Positions 19,745-28,799 of a stretch of 64,000 bases of DNA are shown here, in pieces. Origin of the DNA: Kiritimatiellia bacterium (GTDB lineage: Bacteria; Verrucomicrobiota; Kiritimatiellia; RFP12; UBA3636). The stretch lies in assembly GCA_045589455.1 (NCBI GenBank), contig JAZNPC010000066.1, positions 127,227 to 191,226 of the forward strand. The letters run 5' to 3'. Position numbers and translations under genes: made by a program. Within the stretch, counting starts at the first letter, position 1. Each line of letters begins with the position of its first letter. The notes under the pieces were generated by a model that saw nothing but the letters and a program-made list of their open reading frames with translations, was not told the DNA's origin and made no database searches.

Positions 19745-19892
19745 ACACTATTTGTCTTGTGGAGAGATTTGACGCTAGAGATTGCGTCAATTTGGATTCA
19801 CGAACACCAATTGGGCATGCTATTGCACGCATGCCTATGGCGTGAACAAGTGTGATGCGTGAGCTATCATGTGCACAACAAATCCATCTTCT

Positions 19893-19933
19893 CTATTTTA
19901 GAAAAATGTAAAAAAGTTAAAAATCTAAAATAG
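19893..19933 (+). repeat. 41-bp repeat, copy 1 (ctattttagaaaaatgtaaaaaagttaaaaatctaaaatag), with 9-bp terminal inverted repeats.
   Basis: Identical to copy 3 at 21253..21293. The termini ctattttag/ctaaaatag are reverse complements. Confidence 0.8.
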
Positions 19934-19967
19934 GTTGTTGATTTTCTGCTTACAAAATGATATATTT

Positions 19968-20008
19968 CTATTTTAGAAAAACACAAAAAAGTTAAAAATC
20001 TAAAATAG
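19968..20008 (+). repeat. 41-bp repeat, copy 2 (variant ...aaaaacacaaaaaag...), 8 nt upstream of the ATPase ATG.
   Basis: 38 of 41 positions are identical to copies 1 and 3. Confidence 0.8.
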
Positions 20009-20016
20009 AGACACCT

Positions 20017-21249
20017 ATGAAAATTAAAAGAGACTTTTATTTGACACAGCTAATTGATCGAAAGCATAATCGGATGATCAAAATAGTGAGTGGTATTAGG
20101 CGATGTGGCAAATCATATTTACTGTCTGAATTATTTACTCAACATTTACTAGATGAAGGTGTTGATAGGCATCATATCATACATATTGATTTAGATACTA
20201 GAGACAATTTAGAATATAGGAATCCAGATGCATGTAATCAATATGTAAAATCATTAATTAAGGATGATAACATGTACTATCTTCTTTTGGACGAGGTCCA
20301 ATTGATGGAGGACTTTGTTAGTGTTTTAAATGGCTTTTTGCATATTAAAAATCTTGATGTTTATGTAACAGGAAGCAATTCAAAGTTTTTATCATCTGAT
20401 ATTGTCACAGAATTTAGGGGACGCGGGGATGAAATAAGGGTATATCCATTAAGCTTTGCAGAAATTTATCCTATTTATGACAACAATTGGGAGAAAGCCT
20501 GGGGTGATTACACTGTTTATGGTGGAATTCCTTTAGTTTTTACCTATCAAAAGGAAGAAGACAAGGTTAAGTATTTGAAAAATTTGTTTAAAGAAACCTA
20601 TTTAAAGGATATTATTGAGAGAAATAGAATTAAAAGCACAGAGGAACTAGAGGAATTATTAAATATATTAGCATCTAACATAGGTTCTTTGGTTAATCCC
20701 CAAAAATTGACCGCAACCTTTAAAAGTGTAAAAAAAGTAGACTTATCAGCTCCAACAATAAAGCAATATTTAGATTATTTACAGGATGCATTTTTTGTTA
20801 ATAAAGTACTTAGGTATAATATTAAGGGGAAGAAATATATTAATACACCATTTAAGTGTTATTTTACAGATATTGGATTAAGGAATACTAGCCTTTATTT
20901 CCGCCAAATAGAAGAGACACATATTATGGAGAACATCATATATAATGAATTACAAATTCGTGGTTATAATGTAGATGTTGGGGAGGTGAATATAGGCGGC
21001 AACAGAATGACAGAGGTAGATTTTATAGCAAATCTTGGCAACAAGAGGTATTATATTCAATCTGTATTATCTATGCCAACAGTAGAAAAAATTATGCAGG
21101 AAAAGAAATCCTTACTAGGGATAAGAGACGGCTTTAAGAAAATAATTATTACAAAAGAGAATATATTGCGAGCATATCAGGATGAGGATGGAATAACCAT
21201 TATGAGTTTAAAAGAATTTCTCTTAAATAAGAACAGTTTAGATATATAG
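20017..21249 (+). CDS. AAA_14/DUF4143-family ATP-binding protein.
   Basis: Walker A GIRRCGKSYLL, LLLDEVQLM, the sensor region TGSNSKFL...RGRGDEIRVYPLSFAEI, and a C-terminal DUF4143-like EVDFIANLG. Confidence 0.85.
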   Translation: MKIKRDFYLTQLIDRKHNRMIKIVSGIRRCGKSYLLSELFTQHLLDEGVDRHHIIHIDLDTRDNLEYRNPDACNQYVKSLIKDDNMYYLLLDEVQLMEDFVSVLNGFLHIKNLDVYVTGSNSKFLSSDIVTEFRGRGDEIRVYPLSFAEIYPIYDNNWEKAWGDYTVYGGIPLVFTYQKEEDKVKYLKNLFKETYLKDIIERNRIKSTEELEELLNILASNIGSLVNPQKLTATFKSVKKVDLSAPTIKQYLDYLQDAFFVNKVLRYNIKGKKYINTPFKCYFTDIGLRNTSLYFRQIEETHIMENIIYNELQIRGYNVDVGEVNIGGNRMTEVDFIANLGNKRYYIQSVLSMPTVEKIMQEKKSLLGIRDGFKKIIITKENILRAYQDEDGITIMSLKEFLLNKNSLDI

Positions 21250-21252
21250 AAT

Positions 21253-21293
21253 CTATTTTAGAAAAATGTAAAAAAGTTAAAAATCTAAAATAG
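21253..21293 (+). repeat. 41-bp repeat, copy 3, immediately 3' of the ATPase stop codon.
   Basis: Exact copy of 19893..19933. Confidence 0.8.
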
Positions 21294-21525
21294 GGAACAT
21301 TACTCCCCGCAGAACTTAGTACTCCACATTCGAGTATCCCTTAGCTTCCCTCTGAATATATATTTTTTGTGAGTCTGCAAAAAAAATGCAAATAACACAT
21401 TTTTTATTGTAGAAAGAATAGCACTAGTCTTGACAAATATGCAAGATAGATGATATATTTATTATTAAATATATAAGTGGTTAAACCATTGATATATAGA
21501 ATTTTGTAATCAAATAAGGACTTTT

Positions 21526-22791
21526 ATGAAAAAATCATTGTTCGTTTTGACAATCGGTGCTTTAACAGCACTATGCTTCGCAGATCCAGTTTGGACAGAA
21601 ACAGCAGATTCAACATCCTCAAATCGCAGGGCTACGGACGGAAATTTCGTTGTTGGTTGGGATGGCACAGGTGGTTCAGCATGGCGGCTATATTATGTTT
21701 CTCATGATGCTTCTGTGAGCACTGTGCTTGATATGACAACACTTTGCTCTGATATGGATGCAGCAGGAATAAAATATCCTAATACAGTAAATGGATCTGG
21801 ATTTGCTAATAAATCTGGAATTACAAGAATTGTTTTCCCTGAGGAGATTATTTATTTTCATCAAAATGCTTTCTCATCTATGTCAGACCTAGAGTCTGTT
21901 GTAATTTCTTCTAAGACAACTTGGTCGCCTAGCTCAAATCCTAAGCAGTGCTTCAGTAGTTGTACTTCTCTTTCTATGATTACACCTCGTGGTGTTGCAG
22001 AAACGAATGGTGTTGTATATCTTCCTGAGGGTTGTACCGCAATCCCAAACAATATGTTTCAGTTTTGTTATGATGCACCAATTAAGCATGTTATAGCTCC
22101 TTGGGTTGTTTCTATTAAGGAAGCTGCATTTTACACCATGTCTAAACTTGAAACAATAACAGTTTCACCAGATATACATACTATTGGTGGTAATTACCCT
22201 ATAAGCGACTGTGCCTCTCTTACAAAAATCATAGCAGGAGATAACTCTTTTAGAAACTTATCTTCATTGGATGGTAGTCAAGTTTTTAAAAATTGTAAAA
22301 ATTTTTCTATGCCATTAAATTTTTCAAAGTCAACTTTTACCTCTATCCCATATAGATGTTTTTGGGGTACAACTGACAAGGTGCCTGAAATACATTTGCC
22401 AGCTACATTAACTTATGTTGGGAAGAATGCTTTTCGTATGGACAATACTATAATGCAAAATTTATTCTATTTCTATGGCATGCCACCAACCTTTGAGTGT
22501 GATGAGGATAATATATTTGGTAAGCATGGATGTTCTTCTTCTACTCACCCAAGGCGTATTGTTTTTATTAAAGCTGAATACAAGACGGAATGGTTAACAA
22601 TGTTTGGGGATAAGTTAGCTCCTATAACAGATGCAGATAAGGCAAGAGACGATTATCCAACAAAGTCTGAAGTTGTAAAGGTTGTAGGTGCAAACGTTTT
22701 AGGTGTATCTACATATGAATCTCGCTATTGCCCATACTATGTTTGCACATTTGTTGAGCCAAATATGCCTCTATCAATCATAATAAAATAA
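21526..22791 (+). CDS. Secreted protein (421 aa), paralogue of the N-terminal half of the 1131-aa surface protein.
   Basis: Signal peptide MKKSLFVLTIGALTALCFA. Shared VLDMTTLCSDM and SKSTFTSI modules. C-terminal tail ...EPNMPLSIIIK. Confidence 0.85.
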   Translation: MKKSLFVLTIGALTALCFADPVWTETADSTSSNRRATDGNFVVGWDGTGGSAWRLYYVSHDASVSTVLDMTTLCSDMDAAGIKYPNTVNGSGFANKSGITRIVFPEEIIYFHQNAFSSMSDLESVVISSKTTWSPSSNPKQCFSSCTSLSMITPRGVAETNGVVYLPEGCTAIPNNMFQFCYDAPIKHVIAPWVVSIKEAAFYTMSKLETITVSPDIHTIGGNYPISDCASLTKIIAGDNSFRNLSSLDGSQVFKNCKNFSMPLNFSKSTFTSIPYRCFWGTTDKVPEIHLPATLTYVGKNAFRMDNTIMQNLFYFYGMPPTFECDEDNIFGKHGCSSSTHPRRIVFIKAEYKTEWLTMFGDKLAPITDADKARDDYPTKSEVVKVVGANVLGVSTYESRYCPYYVCTFVEPNMPLSIIIK

Positions 22792-22851
22792 ATCGCCTTA
22801 AACAAAGTAAATTAACATATGAATTACTTGTTTTAAAGAGGACTATGTAAT

Positions 22852-24111
22852 ATGAAAAAATCATTGTTTGTTTTGACAATCGGTGCTTTAACAGCACTAT
22901 GCTTTGCAGATCCAGTTTGGGTAGAAACAGCAGATTCAACATCCTCAAAGCGTAGAGCTACTGACGGAAATTTCGTTGTTGGTTGGGAAGGCGGAAGACT
23001 GTATTATGTCTCTCATGATTCATCAGTAGGAACAGTGCTTGATATGACAACACTTTGCTCTGATATGGAAGCAGCAGCAATAGGATATCCAACAATTGTT
23101 AATACGGAAGGATTTCTCAGTAAATCTGGAATTACAAGAATTGTATTCCCAGAGGAGATTGTTACTTTTTATAAGAAAGCCTGCTCATCTATGCCAGACC
23201 TAGAGTCTGTTGTGATTTCTTCCAAGACTGCGTGGGATAAAAAATCATATCCACAGCAGTGTTTTTCTTCTTGTACAAATTTATGTTCAATTACACCTCG
23301 TGGTGTTGCAGAAACAAATGGTGTTGTATATCTTCCAGAGGGTTGCACAAGTATTGCAAACAATATGCTTCAGTCATGTAATAATGCACCGATAAAGCAT
23401 ATTATTGCTCCATGGGCTACAGCTATTACGGAAGCAGCTTTTCAATATTGCTATAATCTTGAAACAGTAACGGTTTCAAAGGATTTGCAAACTATAGAAT
23501 CTTTTGCATTTCAGAATTGCTCATCTTTTACAAATCTTATAGCAGGGGATAATTCTTTTGAGAAGCTTTCATCAATGGGAGGATCAAGATCCTTTCAAGG
23601 ATGTTCTAAGTTAGCTCAAAAGTTTGATTTTTCAAAGTCAACATTTACTTCTATAGGATCTCAGTTTATGTATGGAGCAGACAATGTTTCAGAGATTCAT
23701 TTGCCAGCGACATTAACTCAAGTATCAGGACAAGCTTTTCGTGCAGATACCCGACCAGTGCAGCGCTTGATTTATTTCTATGGTGCTCCTCCAACATTTA
23801 ATGATGGTGAAAAGCTTGCTTTAGGTAGTACAAATAATAATCCAACGCCTAGATTTATTGTATTTATCAAAGATGAGTATAAAGAGGAATGGTTGGAATT
23901 ATTTGCAACAGATTCCTTTAATGAAATAACCGATGCAGATAAGGCAAGAGACGATTATCCAACAAAGTCAGAGGTCGTAAAAGTCTCTGCAAATCGCGTT
24001 TTAGGTACTTCAACATTTATGGCTCACTTTAATAATGGAAATAAACTTTCTACATACTATGTTTGCACATTTGTTGAGCCAAACCTACCTCTTACAATTA
24101 TAATTAAATAA
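22852..24111 (+). CDS. Secreted protein (419 aa), tandem paralogue of 21526..22791.
   Basis: The first ~70 nt are nearly identical to the previous gene, giving the same signal peptide. Protein identity is ~60%. C-terminal tail ...EPNLPLTIIIK. Confidence 0.85.
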   Translation: MKKSLFVLTIGALTALCFADPVWVETADSTSSKRRATDGNFVVGWEGGRLYYVSHDSSVGTVLDMTTLCSDMEAAAIGYPTIVNTEGFLSKSGITRIVFPEEIVTFYKKACSSMPDLESVVISSKTAWDKKSYPQQCFSSCTNLCSITPRGVAETNGVVYLPEGCTSIANNMLQSCNNAPIKHIIAPWATAITEAAFQYCYNLETVTVSKDLQTIESFAFQNCSSFTNLIAGDNSFEKLSSMGGSRSFQGCSKLAQKFDFSKSTFTSIGSQFMYGADNVSEIHLPATLTQVSGQAFRADTRPVQRLIYFYGAPPTFNDGEKLALGSTNNNPTPRFIVFIKDEYKEEWLELFATDSFNEITDADKARDDYPTKSEVVKVSANRVLGTSTFMAHFNNGNKLSTYYVCTFVEPNLPLTIIIK

Positions 24112-24153
24112 AACAAAATTATTAAAAGATAAATTACCCATAGGAAATAGAAA

Positions 24154-27100
24154 ATGAAAAGAGCACAAAATATATTTCTAGCATTTTTTGCTTTATTTCT
24201 GATGGCACAAGAAGCAAATGCTACTGTGTATAGACCAGGTTTCCAACAGTTCAGATATAGCTGTGCTAAGGACAAGGAAGCTGATTTAACAGTTACCTAT
24301 GATTCTATTACAGATGCAAATAAACGTGATATTACAGCCACAACACTCATGGCAAGCATCAATGGCACAGGTAGTGTTGTTAATCCACTTACTGGTAAAA
24401 CTTGGAATTGGTCAGACAATACCACCTTTGGCTATGAATCACAAATTTGGTTGGAGCCAGGTACTTATACCTTCTGGGGACGCTATGATGATGGTGGTGC
24501 AGTTCTTATCAATGGTGATGTGATTTATACACATGGTGCAAAATCAGGTTATAATGAATCTCCAGCTTCAGGAGATTTTGTTGTTACAAAAGCTGGTTGG
24601 TATGATTTCCGTGGCTATGTATGGGACTGGTCTGGTGGTAAGAACCCTATGGGAGAAGCTAAGAGTGCTATCCAAATGAAAAAGGATGGCGGAGCCTGGA
24701 TTATCAATATGGAGGGTGTTCCTGCTCGTTATGCAACAGGTGTAGAATATTTAGAAATCCAAAAAGCTGTTGCTTCTGAAACAGAAGGTTGCTTTGATGT
24801 GACTGTTGCTGCAACATTTCCAAGTGGAACAACGGCTCAGGTTTGGGCATTAGCTACAAATGGTAATGTTGGTCATTTACCTAAAGATAAATGGAGTTCT
24901 TCTTCTGAAGCACAGTCTATAACTAGTGATGGAACAACACAAATTTTAACTTTTACAGTCGATGCTTCTGCTCTCGGAAATCCATATGTTGTTGCATATT
25001 CAGAAAATGTTTATACAGATATTTTGACAGAGGAATCTGCAGCAAATCCAGATTTTAATTTAGAAAAAGCATATTCTTCACTTGTTCCTGTGGCTACCGC
25101 TGCAGCAGGCTATATAATAATTGATGAAGTTAAGTATTTAGATGTTGATATATTTACAAATATTGATAGTTTTGGTGTGGGAGCAACTGGTGTTGAGGGA
25201 ACAATTGAGGTTAGTACTTCAGTAGATTTCTCTAATCCTATAACTGTAGAATTAGGCTCTTTAGCTTTTGGTGCTTCACTACATACTATCTCGGGTTTAA
25301 CAACGAATGTAACCTATAATATTCGCCTTGTGATGGTCAATAGCGAAGGAGCAACAACATATACAGATCCTGTAGAGTTTACAACATTGAATCCTCAACC
25401 TGCGATTATTACTTCTACGCTTTATACCACAGAGTATAATGTGTTTAAACCAACTGTAATACTTGAGTCTTATGGTGCTGGTTCTACCACAGCAACAGTC
25501 AGCTATCAAGTTTCTACAACAGAGGATTTCTCTGATATTGTAATAGAACAAGAAGTTCCAAATGCTATGCTTGGGCAAGGGGTAGAGATTAAAATTAACA
25601 AATTAGATGACGGTTCACCACTTGTTGGAGCAAGTACTTACTACTTCCGCCCAGTTGTTGTTAATGAGTGGGGGCTTGTCACCTATGGTGATACAATTAA
25701 AGCACAATTGGCTGATACTATTATTACCTATAATGGATTTGGGTATAATAAAACCGATGCTGGTTTAGAGCTTGTTGCCTATGTCACATACGTTCTAGAA
25801 GATGCAATCTTTGATGCAACCCTAGAAATCAACAATGTTGTAGTTAAAGAGTGGAATGGTATAAATGCTGCAACTACCTTAGCATATACTATAGAAAATG
25901 ATTCACTAAAATCTCAAAATACTGCAAAACTAACATTTGATATCACAACAAATAATGGCCAAACCGTTGAAGTGCTGGAGGAAGAGTTTATCAAGAATCA
26001 GCAACGTGTTATGGCTTTTAGCTCAATTGCAGAATTGGATAATAATGATGCAAGCTATACAATAGCTAAGATTGGTGATGTGATTAAGATGCCTAAGCTC
26101 ATCGACGATAACGAAAATTATGTTGCTGGTGATACTCGCGTGGCAAGGCTCTTAGAAGATGGTAATTCTATTGAAATTATCGGTCATGGATTCACTAAGA
26201 TTACAAAGCGCATAGTTGATCCTGCCTCTGGAAATATAACGCTAGAGCGTGGTCTTGTGGTTGTTCCTCCAACTCCAGCAGGTGAGGGCAATGTTTATAT
26301 GCTAATCATTCCTCAGGCAGATAGATATTGGGATACAACTCACTGGAAAAACTTAACCAATCCAGAGGCTGGTGGCTATCCTTCTAAGAAGGATGATATC
26401 GCTATGATTTTTATGTATGGCACAAAGAGTATGTTTGTTAATACTGATATTACAGTAGGTCAGATTTGGATTGGTGTAGAAGGAGGAAACTTCTACTTAC
26501 GAGGACAACAAGGCGGCGAAGGAGCTAAAACAGTCACATTTGAGCGTAGCGATAAAGAGATGCCTCTTTTCAGAATTTCTGGTTTAGAGCAGACAGATGG
26601 CGTTGTTCTTCCTTGGGCATTGCCACACTTTTATATTCAACCAAGCTTAAAAACCCCTCTAATATTTGACTGTTCAAATGATTTATTATTTGATGCAGGA
26701 TGTCCTTTTGATCCTTTAAGTAGAGATGATGTAACAGGTAAGTCTCTTCAGAGAGTTTCATTAGAAACAGGATTTATTTTAAATATACCAAAGGGAGCAA
26801 GGGTTGTTTTTGATGGAACAAATGCAGGCAATAGAGATGGTGATACCCAAAGAGGTAATGTAACCTTCCGTTTTTCGAGTAACGCTTTTGTTGGAGAGGG
26901 AACAGTTGATTATAATGGACCAAGTAGTGTGTGCTTTACTCCAGATGCATCAGATTTTAATGGTGTATTTGATTTGACCCACATGAATAAGTACGATTCC
27001 TTTGGAATTGGAGATCGTGGTGGTGGTGTATACATGCTATTCTGGGAGGGCAGTCAACCAGGAGCAAATGCTTCTCAGCGTCTTGAGGGGCATATTGGCT

Positions 27101-28419
27101 TAGGGTCTTCTTCTAATGTTTATGCTTGGAATGATTCCTTTGGTATTATTAACTGTGGATCGGCTCACGGATATGGTTCATATGGCCCAGTGCCTAATCA
27201 CTTTGCCCCTAAAGCATTCTATTCGCGCGGTGGTGGTATAAATATTAATAATCAGAATAATGGAGATTGGGCAGCTAAGGGAATTCTAGATTCTATCTAT
27301 GCTTCTGAGCAACTTGTTCTTGAGGATGGTTTATTGTGCGCAAATTCAGAACCAACAGATGCGGCTAATTATCCAACAAATTCTCTATTATTTGCAGAAG
27401 TAAGCAATCCAGACGGAAAAGGCGTTTTTGCTGTTAATTTCAGGCATATTAGAGAGTCAAGCAACCAATCTACTGTTACTAATGGTGTTTCAAAATATAA
27501 GGGAAGAGTTCAAATTGGAAACTTCCAAGATATAGCAATTGGTGAAGGCTCTTCAGAAAATGCAAAAATTGTCCCTTGGATAGTAAATGCTATTGGTGGT
27601 TCACAATTTTGGTATTTTGCAAAAGCAGACGAGGATGGATTCTTGCTTCCAGCAGGTTATCCTTCAACAGAAAACCTAAGAAATTTCGCTTCAACTGCCA
27701 ATGCATACTGCGTAAATGGAAACTCCTTGAATCTATTGCAAGATAAGACTGTTAATTCTCTAGTTCTAAAGGGGCTTACTGGAGATAGGTCAACATTGGG
27801 TGAGGGTATGACTGCAACAATTACCTCTGGTGGTCTAATCTTTACTTCTGATATTTCTCATATTGATTCAGAAGAGGTTTATAATGCTGGAACACGAGGT
27901 AATCTAGTATTCCCTAATCGAGCATTTATCTTCGCAGGTATAAAGTCAACAACTTCACCATCAGAGATTTGGGCAAATATTTCTGCACCAAAGGGTATGA
28001 CAATTACTTACCCTGGAACATTGTTGCTTGGTGGTGATCAGACTGGTATTGATAAGGAAATACATATTTCCAATAGTAATCTAATTCTTGGTAAGAATAC
28101 AACTCCAGCAGTGATTGATGTGCCAATTTCTATGCACTCTGGTGGTTCTTCATTAACTATTGCTAATGCAGGTTCTTTGTGCAAGCAGGAGATTGTATGT
28201 ACAACAGCAACTCGCCAGTTCCCTAAAATCAATGTTGCCTTTGATGGAACAGAAAATTGCCAAAAGCTAACAATTGATGGCGAAACTCTACCAAGAGGTA
28301 CTTATGGTGCAACAGGCTCAGGAGCTGAATTTATCAACGATAAAATATTTACTGGTGTAGGTATATTGAAGGTCTTGAGCGACGATTTACTACAGCCTAC
28401 AATAATTTTTATTAGGTAA
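24154..28419 (+). CDS. Giant secreted protein (1421 aa) with an N-terminal PA14-like domain and repeated beta-sandwich-like domains.
   Basis: Signal peptide MKRAQNIFLAFFALFLMAQEANA. The PA14-like motif is GTYTFWGRYDDGGAVLINGDVIYTH...AGWYDFRGYVWDWSGG. The body is long and rich in S, T, G and N. C-terminal tail ...LLQPTIIFIR. Confidence 0.85.
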   Translation: MKRAQNIFLAFFALFLMAQEANATVYRPGFQQFRYSCAKDKEADLTVTYDSITDANKRDITATTLMASINGTGSVVNPLTGKTWNWSDNTTFGYESQIWLEPGTYTFWGRYDDGGAVLINGDVIYTHGAKSGYNESPASGDFVVTKAGWYDFRGYVWDWSGGKNPMGEAKSAIQMKKDGGAWIINMEGVPARYATGVEYLEIQKAVASETEGCFDVTVAATFPSGTTAQVWALATNGNVGHLPKDKWSSSSEAQSITSDGTTQILTFTVDASALGNPYVVAYSENVYTDILTEESAANPDFNLEKAYSSLVPVATAAAGYIIIDEVKYLDVDIFTNIDSFGVGATGVEGTIEVSTSVDFSNPITVELGSLAFGASLHTISGLTTNVTYNIRLVMVNSEGATTYTDPVEFTTLNPQPAIITSTLYTTEYNVFKPTVILESYGAGSTTATVSYQVSTTEDFSDIVIEQEVPNAMLGQGVEIKINKLDDGSPLVGASTYYFRPVVVNEWGLVTYGDTIKAQLADTIITYNGFGYNKTDAGLELVAYVTYVLEDAIFDATLEINNVVVKEWNGINAATTLAYTIENDSLKSQNTAKLTFDITTNNGQTVEVLEEEFIKNQQRVMAFSSIAELDNNDASYTIAKIGDVIKMPKLIDDNENYVAGDTRVARLLEDGNSIEIIGHGFTKITKRIVDPASGNITLERGLVVVPPTPAGEGNVYMLIIPQADRYWDTTHWKNLTNPEAGGYPSKKDDIAMIFMYGTKSMFVNTDITVGQIWIGVEGGNFYLRGQQGGEGAKTVTFERSDKEMPLFRISGLEQTDGVVLPWALPHFYIQPSLKTPLIFDCSNDLLFDAGCPFDPLSRDDVTGKSLQRVSLETGFILNIPKGARVVFDGTNAGNRDGDTQRGNVTFRFSSNAFVGEGTVDYNGPSSVCFTPDASDFNGVFDLTHMNKYDSFGIGDRGGGVYMLFWEGSQPGANASQRLEGHIGLGSSSNVYAWNDSFGIINCGSAHGYGSYGPVPNHFAPKAFYSRGGGININNQNNGDWAAKGILDSIYASEQLVLEDGLLCANSEPTDAANYPTNSLLFAEVSNPDGKGVFAVNFRHIRESSNQSTVTNGVSKYKGRVQIGNFQDIAIGEGSSENAKIVPWIVNAIGGSQFWYFAKADEDGFLLPAGYPSTENLRNFASTANAYCVNGNSLNLLQDKTVNSLVLKGLTGDRSTLGEGMTATITSGGLIFTSDISHIDSEEVYNAGTRGNLVFPNRAFIFAGIKSTTSPSEIWANISAPKGMTITYPGTLLLGGDQTGIDKEIHISNSNLILGKNTTPAVIDVPISMHSGGSSLTIANAGSLCKQEIVCTTATRQFPKINVAFDGTENCQKLTIDGETLPRGTYGATGSGAEFINDKIFTGVGILKVLSDDLLQPTIIFIR

Positions 28420-28583
28420 GTAGTAGGTAAGAGTAAAGTTTATAATTAAAGCAGCTATGGACACATAAAGTCTGTAGCTGCTTTTATATTTAATATCGTA
28501 ATTATGCTAAAATATGTAGCGAAATGAGTTTTTTCATAAAAAATGCTTGCGTTTTTACCCAGTTATATGAGAAAATTAACGCC

Positions 28584-28649
28584 ATGAAAACAAATATTAC
28601 TTTTAATCAATTCAATTTACGACTTACAAGCCTTACATTGCTTAGCTAA
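28584..28649 (+). CDS. Candidate leucine leader peptide (21 aa, MKTNITFNQFNLRLTSLTLLS).
   Basis: Five of its last ten codons are Leu. It lies 150 nt upstream of leuA and directly abuts the 5' arm of a predicted antiterminator. Confidence 0.35.
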   Translation: MKTNITFNQFNLRLTSLTLLS

Positions 28650-28695
28650 TGCGGGGATTGTGCGTATTGTATTTGTGTTAATAGTAGTAAGAAGA

Positions 28696-28733
28696 GCCCC
28701 GCAGGATAATTTATTAGCTCCTGGGGGTTTTTT
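28696..28733 (+). terminator. Attenuator terminator hairpin upstream of leuA.
   Basis: Stem gcccc-g-cagga / tcctg-gggg(t) with a 12-nt loop, followed by TTTTTT. The alternative pairing tgcgggg (28650-28656) with ccccgca (28697-28703) would prevent its formation. Confidence 0.5.
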
Positions 28734-28799
28734 AGTAACTCCGTCAAGCTCCTTGGAGTTGTTGGTTATAGACGGAGAAAATAGTAGGAAAGAAGATAT

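Noticed and set aside
19893-21293. Possibility that the 41-bp repeats are a CRISPR array
   Set aside because: Only three copies are present, with spacers of 34 bp and 1244 bp (the latter a full ATPase gene). The repeats have internal terminal inverted repeats and no cas genes are nearby. The pattern is not CRISPR-like.
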